Positions 59,574 through 64,000 of a DNA stretch of 64,000 bases are shown piece by piece. The stretch lies in contig JBLWGC010000136.1 of the NCBI GenBank assembly GCA_048772705.1, forward strand, positions 1-64,000, written 5' to 3'. Both the position numbers and the translations under genes were made by a program. The stretch is from Leidyana gryllorum EB-2025a (Eukaryota > Protista > Apicomplexa). The notes below the pieces were generated by a model. That model did no database searches and was not told the DNA's origin. It saw nothing but the letters and a program-made list of their open reading frames with translations. Every line of letters begins with the position of its first letter. The stretch's first letter is position 1.

Positions 59574-59601
59574 AGCGTCTTTTGATTTTTTCTGGAGGAG
59601 G

Positions 59602-62600
59602 ATGGATGTTCAAAGTCTACAGCAGTTGGAATCACTCTGCAGCAAGTTCTATTCGTCAGATGCGGCTGAGCAGAGCTTAGCACACCGCACACTCCTACCA
59701 CTAGTCTCTCAGCCACAATATGTGCCACAATTCCAAGCTGTGCTAGCTCATTCGCACGACACGCAAGCAATATTGTTTGCAGCGAATGCCCTCCATAAGC
59801 TTTTCACGAGGTATGTGCCTGACTTCTGAGCCTCTACGTGTTGTCAGTGAATGGAACTCTTGTCCAGAGGCATGCAAGAACGACACTCGCTCCTTCCTCC
59901 TATCGTACCTGGTGAGCGGCACACCCATCAACAGTTGGCCTATCCAACCCCACAATGCAGTTCAACAACGGCCCGAGCTTCCTTCCGAATAATGTACCCA
60001 CCCTCAACGCTTTGATTCGCCTGCTCGTTCGAATCGTGAAGCTGCAATGGTTGGAGAAACCCGCTTACCAAAATATCTGCGACCAAGTGTCGTCATTTCT
60101 AGCAGCGTCAACTCGCGAATGGGTGGTCGGCATCTCCATATACTGCGAGCTCACCGCAGATATGGCTCCAGTTCTGGGTGGTGGCCTTGCACGAGCACGA
60201 CGAACTGCTTTTGCCTTTCGCGACACGGCGCTTCCACAGATCTTCACCACCGCTGTGGAGACCCTCCAGCAAATCAATGCCGGAGCGATAACCATTGCCA
60301 ACGCCGACGAAGAAACGCAGTTATTGCGGACAGTGCTCGGACTGGCTCTGCAGTCTCTGAGTTTCGATTTTATGGGAACTTTACCTGATGAAACCAACGA
60401 TGAGCGCTCGGTAAGGAACATTCCATCGTTGCATATCGTTTGTGTCTTGCGTTTGGCAACTGGGTCACTTCGTCGCGTAGCATCACGGTACGATGATTAT
60501 ACGGCTTGGAGGCGGTGATGCAGCTACTTGGTCGGCGACGGGCTCTCGTACTCTGTGGTGAGGCTGCAGGTGACACTTTCGCCCGCGAAGTGCAACGTTC
60601 TGATTGTCCTGAGAGTGTGATTTTGATCGCGTAAATGTGCTTTGTGGTCTTTCGCGCCTAATGTATAAGGTTCATACCTTGTTGTCAATCACAGGATCCG
60701 GTGATGATTCCTTCGAGTTGGACAGTGGTGAAAGAAGCAAATCTGCCGGCTCTGTTCTTCGAGATATACAAGAAATGCTGCACACCGGTCAATGGCACCC
60801 GGGCACCAGCGCAGATGGAATGCGCAAGATACTGCTTACACTGCCTTGTCCAAGTGGCTTCTCTCCGGCGCTCATATTTCACCAAGGAAGAGGAACGGAA
60901 CGCACATCTCTCTGAATTGGTGAATCGAACAGTCATGATCTTGGATGACAGAATTGGGATTGATGCTGATGAAGGTTGTTACCATCAATTTTGTCGACTA
61001 CTCGGAAAAATCAATGCAAGCGTACCCATCTATGACTTAAAAGCGAGCTTGCAGAGTCGGAAGGGCACGCCGAGTGCTAGCGCTGCTCCGGGAGAACCCA
61101 GGACTATGTAAGTTGTCTAAATAGAACTCTCAATATCACGTCAGAGAAGATTATCCGGGACAGTCATAGTGATGGGAGCGAGCTCTAGTGATCCTCGAGA
61201 GTGGGGCCCTCGCGATGCTTTCATGCTATCCTGGTTGTCAAAGGTTTGCCAGTTCACCTTGGAGTCTCTGAGCAGATGGACGTTCCAGCCCAACTCGAAG
61301 CACTATCTCTTAGGTGAGTCCGATCCTCGGCTTAAACGTCCCATGATGCGGCAGGCTTTTGGAGCTCACTGGTCAATCCGTTTTTGAGTCGAAACTCACG
61401 ACTGCCTCCAGAGATAGGTCAGCATGTACACGTCGTGTTTCAGGCCTTCGTGGACAGTTGCTTGAAGATCGGCGAAGCTTCTGCTCTGATGGAGAGTAAC
61501 CTCACACAGTCCCAGTTGCAGTTGGCAGAACCAAGTCTCCTCTTCAAGCTTGAGGAAGTACGCGACGCTTCCGAACTTGAAGATCCTTTGGAGCACGAAG
61601 TCTTCCGAGCCGAGCAACTCGAGGTCATCCAATCCTTAGGTCGTGTCCACTATGTACAGTGCGCACAGTATGTGATGCGGCATTGGCAGAATGCGTGGAA
61701 TGCGGCCGAGAGGAAGTCTTTGCCCGTGGAGGTGGTTGAGCGGCGTTTGACGTGGCTCATCTACATCGTCGGAGCCTTGATTGCCGGCCAAAATCATACA
61801 CGCAACATTTTCAATCTCCGGATACCAAGTAATGTAACAAGTTTCATCGGGAGATCTCATGGCGGTCTAGGAATGGATTCCGAATCGACCATGGGGGGTG
61901 AAGACGATGACAAACGGACGGGAACAGGGGGTGATTCGGCTGGACCCGAAGACGCCACACGGGCAGTCTCGTCAAGTGTCTTCAAGCTTATGATCCTCAC
62001 AACCACTCAAGGCTCTGAATACTCTCCAGTGAGCACCCACAGCCCTTCCTCGATTGTAAACTCCCCATCCATTATCAGACCGACGCTCAAAGCAAGGAAT
62101 ATAGAGAGCTGGCCTACCTCTTCTTCCTTGAGGCGTTTAGAAAGCTCCACTTCTCCGACATCGCCCAACCTCAGTCTGAGGTAGAAGAGCGAGCGCGACA
62201 GTACAGTGCGGCCATTGGAACCAACGAGGATGTCATGTCCATCACCCTCCAGAAGATCTTGATGAACTTGCAGACTTGTGGGCAATACGAAGTTGTCATC
62301 CGGAAGTCCCTCCAACTATTCAAGGATTTGTCCTCATCTGTTATGATGGTGGGGCCTTCTACCAGCCCTGCGCACATCGTCACGGGTAAGTTTATTATAT
62401 CCTCGAATTGTTCGTCCCCTTCCTGCGCCCTCCTTCCCCACCCCTACGCTCCTAAAGCAACACTGGACTCCCTGATCTCAGCTGTGTGTCATCTCGACTC
62501 TGATCGTCGTTTGGCCATCACTGAGGACTTGATTGCCGCCCGCATGCAGGCTGTAGACGGTGCCATTAAATATGGCCGATCTATAAGACGTGTGTTGCTC

Positions 62601-64000
62601 TCCATCGTTCCCCATCTGGTGTGCACTTCCCACTTGGATGCAGTTTGTCGCATTGTATTGCTCTTTCTCGTGCGTCTGTGTGCAAAACTGTGCCCTGAGC
62701 GGTTGCCCATTGCACTTGCCCTATGTGCGCACTACGAAGTGTGTGATGCGCTGCGCACACACGCAGCAAACGAGTGCTCAGCTGCTGCGCGCGCCACTGC
62801 AAATCACCCCCCTGTGTGCACATTGTTGCTCATCTCGGAGCTTGTTGTGCTGCACAAATCCCGCTAGTGTCTCACCCGTTCCTTCCTCGCCCTTCCCGGC
62901 CCTCTTCCCATTTTACATATGCTCTTCGAACTTCAGGTAAATTGTTGTTGAGAAGCCCAGTTATTCAAGAGCTGCTGTCTCCCCAAGGAAGCCGAGCCAT
63001 TGTTAATTGCTTTGACGGAATCACGGCGGGGAAGCATAGAACGAGTTTCTATCACACACTGAGCAAGTTATTCTTCCTGTCATTGAATGACTTTCCTGGG
63101 GAAGTGATAGACTTGCAAGATGTCGAGGGGAGCACTTCTCCAAGTTCGCCGCACTCACAACGACCATCAGAACAGCTGATGTTCTACAACTATATGGCAC
63201 CCCTGGCGGACGTGATGTCAGAGGTGTGGCCAGCGAGTGGACCAAGTGGCTTGACAATCGCCCCCCAACTGGTGGAACAACTCGCCCGTCCTGTACACGA
63301 TGCTCAACAACGGGTCGTACTGGCGGGTCTCTTCCGAGATCTGCGTGGGATCTGTCAGACGTTCACCACCTGCGAGTCTTACAACCACTTTTTCAACTGG
63401 TTGGTCAACCGACCCAAGCGTCCTGAACATTGTCGAGTGAGTATATAATGCTGCTAATTCACATTCCTTCATCAGTTACACTTGCTTTCCATTGTGTTGA
63501 AAAACATGTGGAATGATCCGCCTGTAGCAGTTGCCGCACTGCGATTGGCTGCTGAGATCACCAACAACCGAGGACAGCGTATCAACTTCGACACAGCATC
63601 GCCGAATGGCATCATTCTCTTCCGAGAAGTGTCGGCTATCATCAATGCCTATGGGCCCGCGATCCTTGCCCAGCCCGACACTGCCTTCCGTGATCTCTAC
63701 AAAGAGAAGTACAAAGGACTTGCGATCAGTTTGGCTATATTCTCGAATGCTCTCAGTGGCAATTTTGCCAACTTTGGAGCTTTTGAGGCGTATGGTGACC
63801 AGACCCTCCCTGAAGCCATTCGGTTGGGCATCAATATGGGATTAGCGATACCCGAAGAAGGTGAGAGAGGAATGATGAGTACTTACATAGTGGTTCTCAG
63901 ATCTTCAATCCTTCATCAAATCCCTCAAGCCCTATTACACGTTCATAGACATAGTCTGTCACTATCACATGGCTCACTTGCTGAAACTTCCGGCAGCTTC
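59602..64000 (+). CDS. XPO7: exportin-7 / RanBP16-like karyopherin, 3' end beyond the window
   Basis: LQQLESLCSKFY, ARRTAFAFRDTALPQIF, LSFDFMGT, VMIPSSW, CLVQVASLRRS, CYHQFCRLLG, RLTWLIYIVG and NRGQRINFDTASPNGIILFRE. Confidence 0.93.

Overview
This is gene-dense eukaryotic nuclear DNA (roughly 50-55% GC by eye) with about 31 protein-coding genes, mostly split by very short GT-AG introns (about 40-55 nt). A P4-ATPase-guanylate cyclase fusion, an ISP-like domain and the extreme compaction point to an alveolate, probably an apicomplexan or gregarine-like parasite (inference). Recognisable genes are INO1, the ATPase-guanylate cyclase, an ABCG transporter, OST48/WBP1, a type II PI4-kinase, LSm8, a CLEC16A-like protein, p24/TMED, CBF5, glycogen debranching enzyme, Nsp1/Nup62, histone H4, SF3A3, POP5, GDT1, XRN1, proteasome beta1, a thioredoxin, RPLP1, a START protein, a divergent 14-3-3, SBDS and exportin-7. 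The main oddities are: (1) head-to-head gene pairs with only 14-30 bp between start codons, and an A/T5-8 tract at most gene junctions; (2) a histone H4 lacking S1 and K16; (3) two unusually long introns in exportin-7, one open in frame for 160 codons; (4) a CBM48-like module inserted in the debranching enzyme. I found no tRNA, rRNA, CRISPR or transposon. Gene boundaries and splice sites were inferred by eye, and all family assignments are from remembered motifs, not searches.
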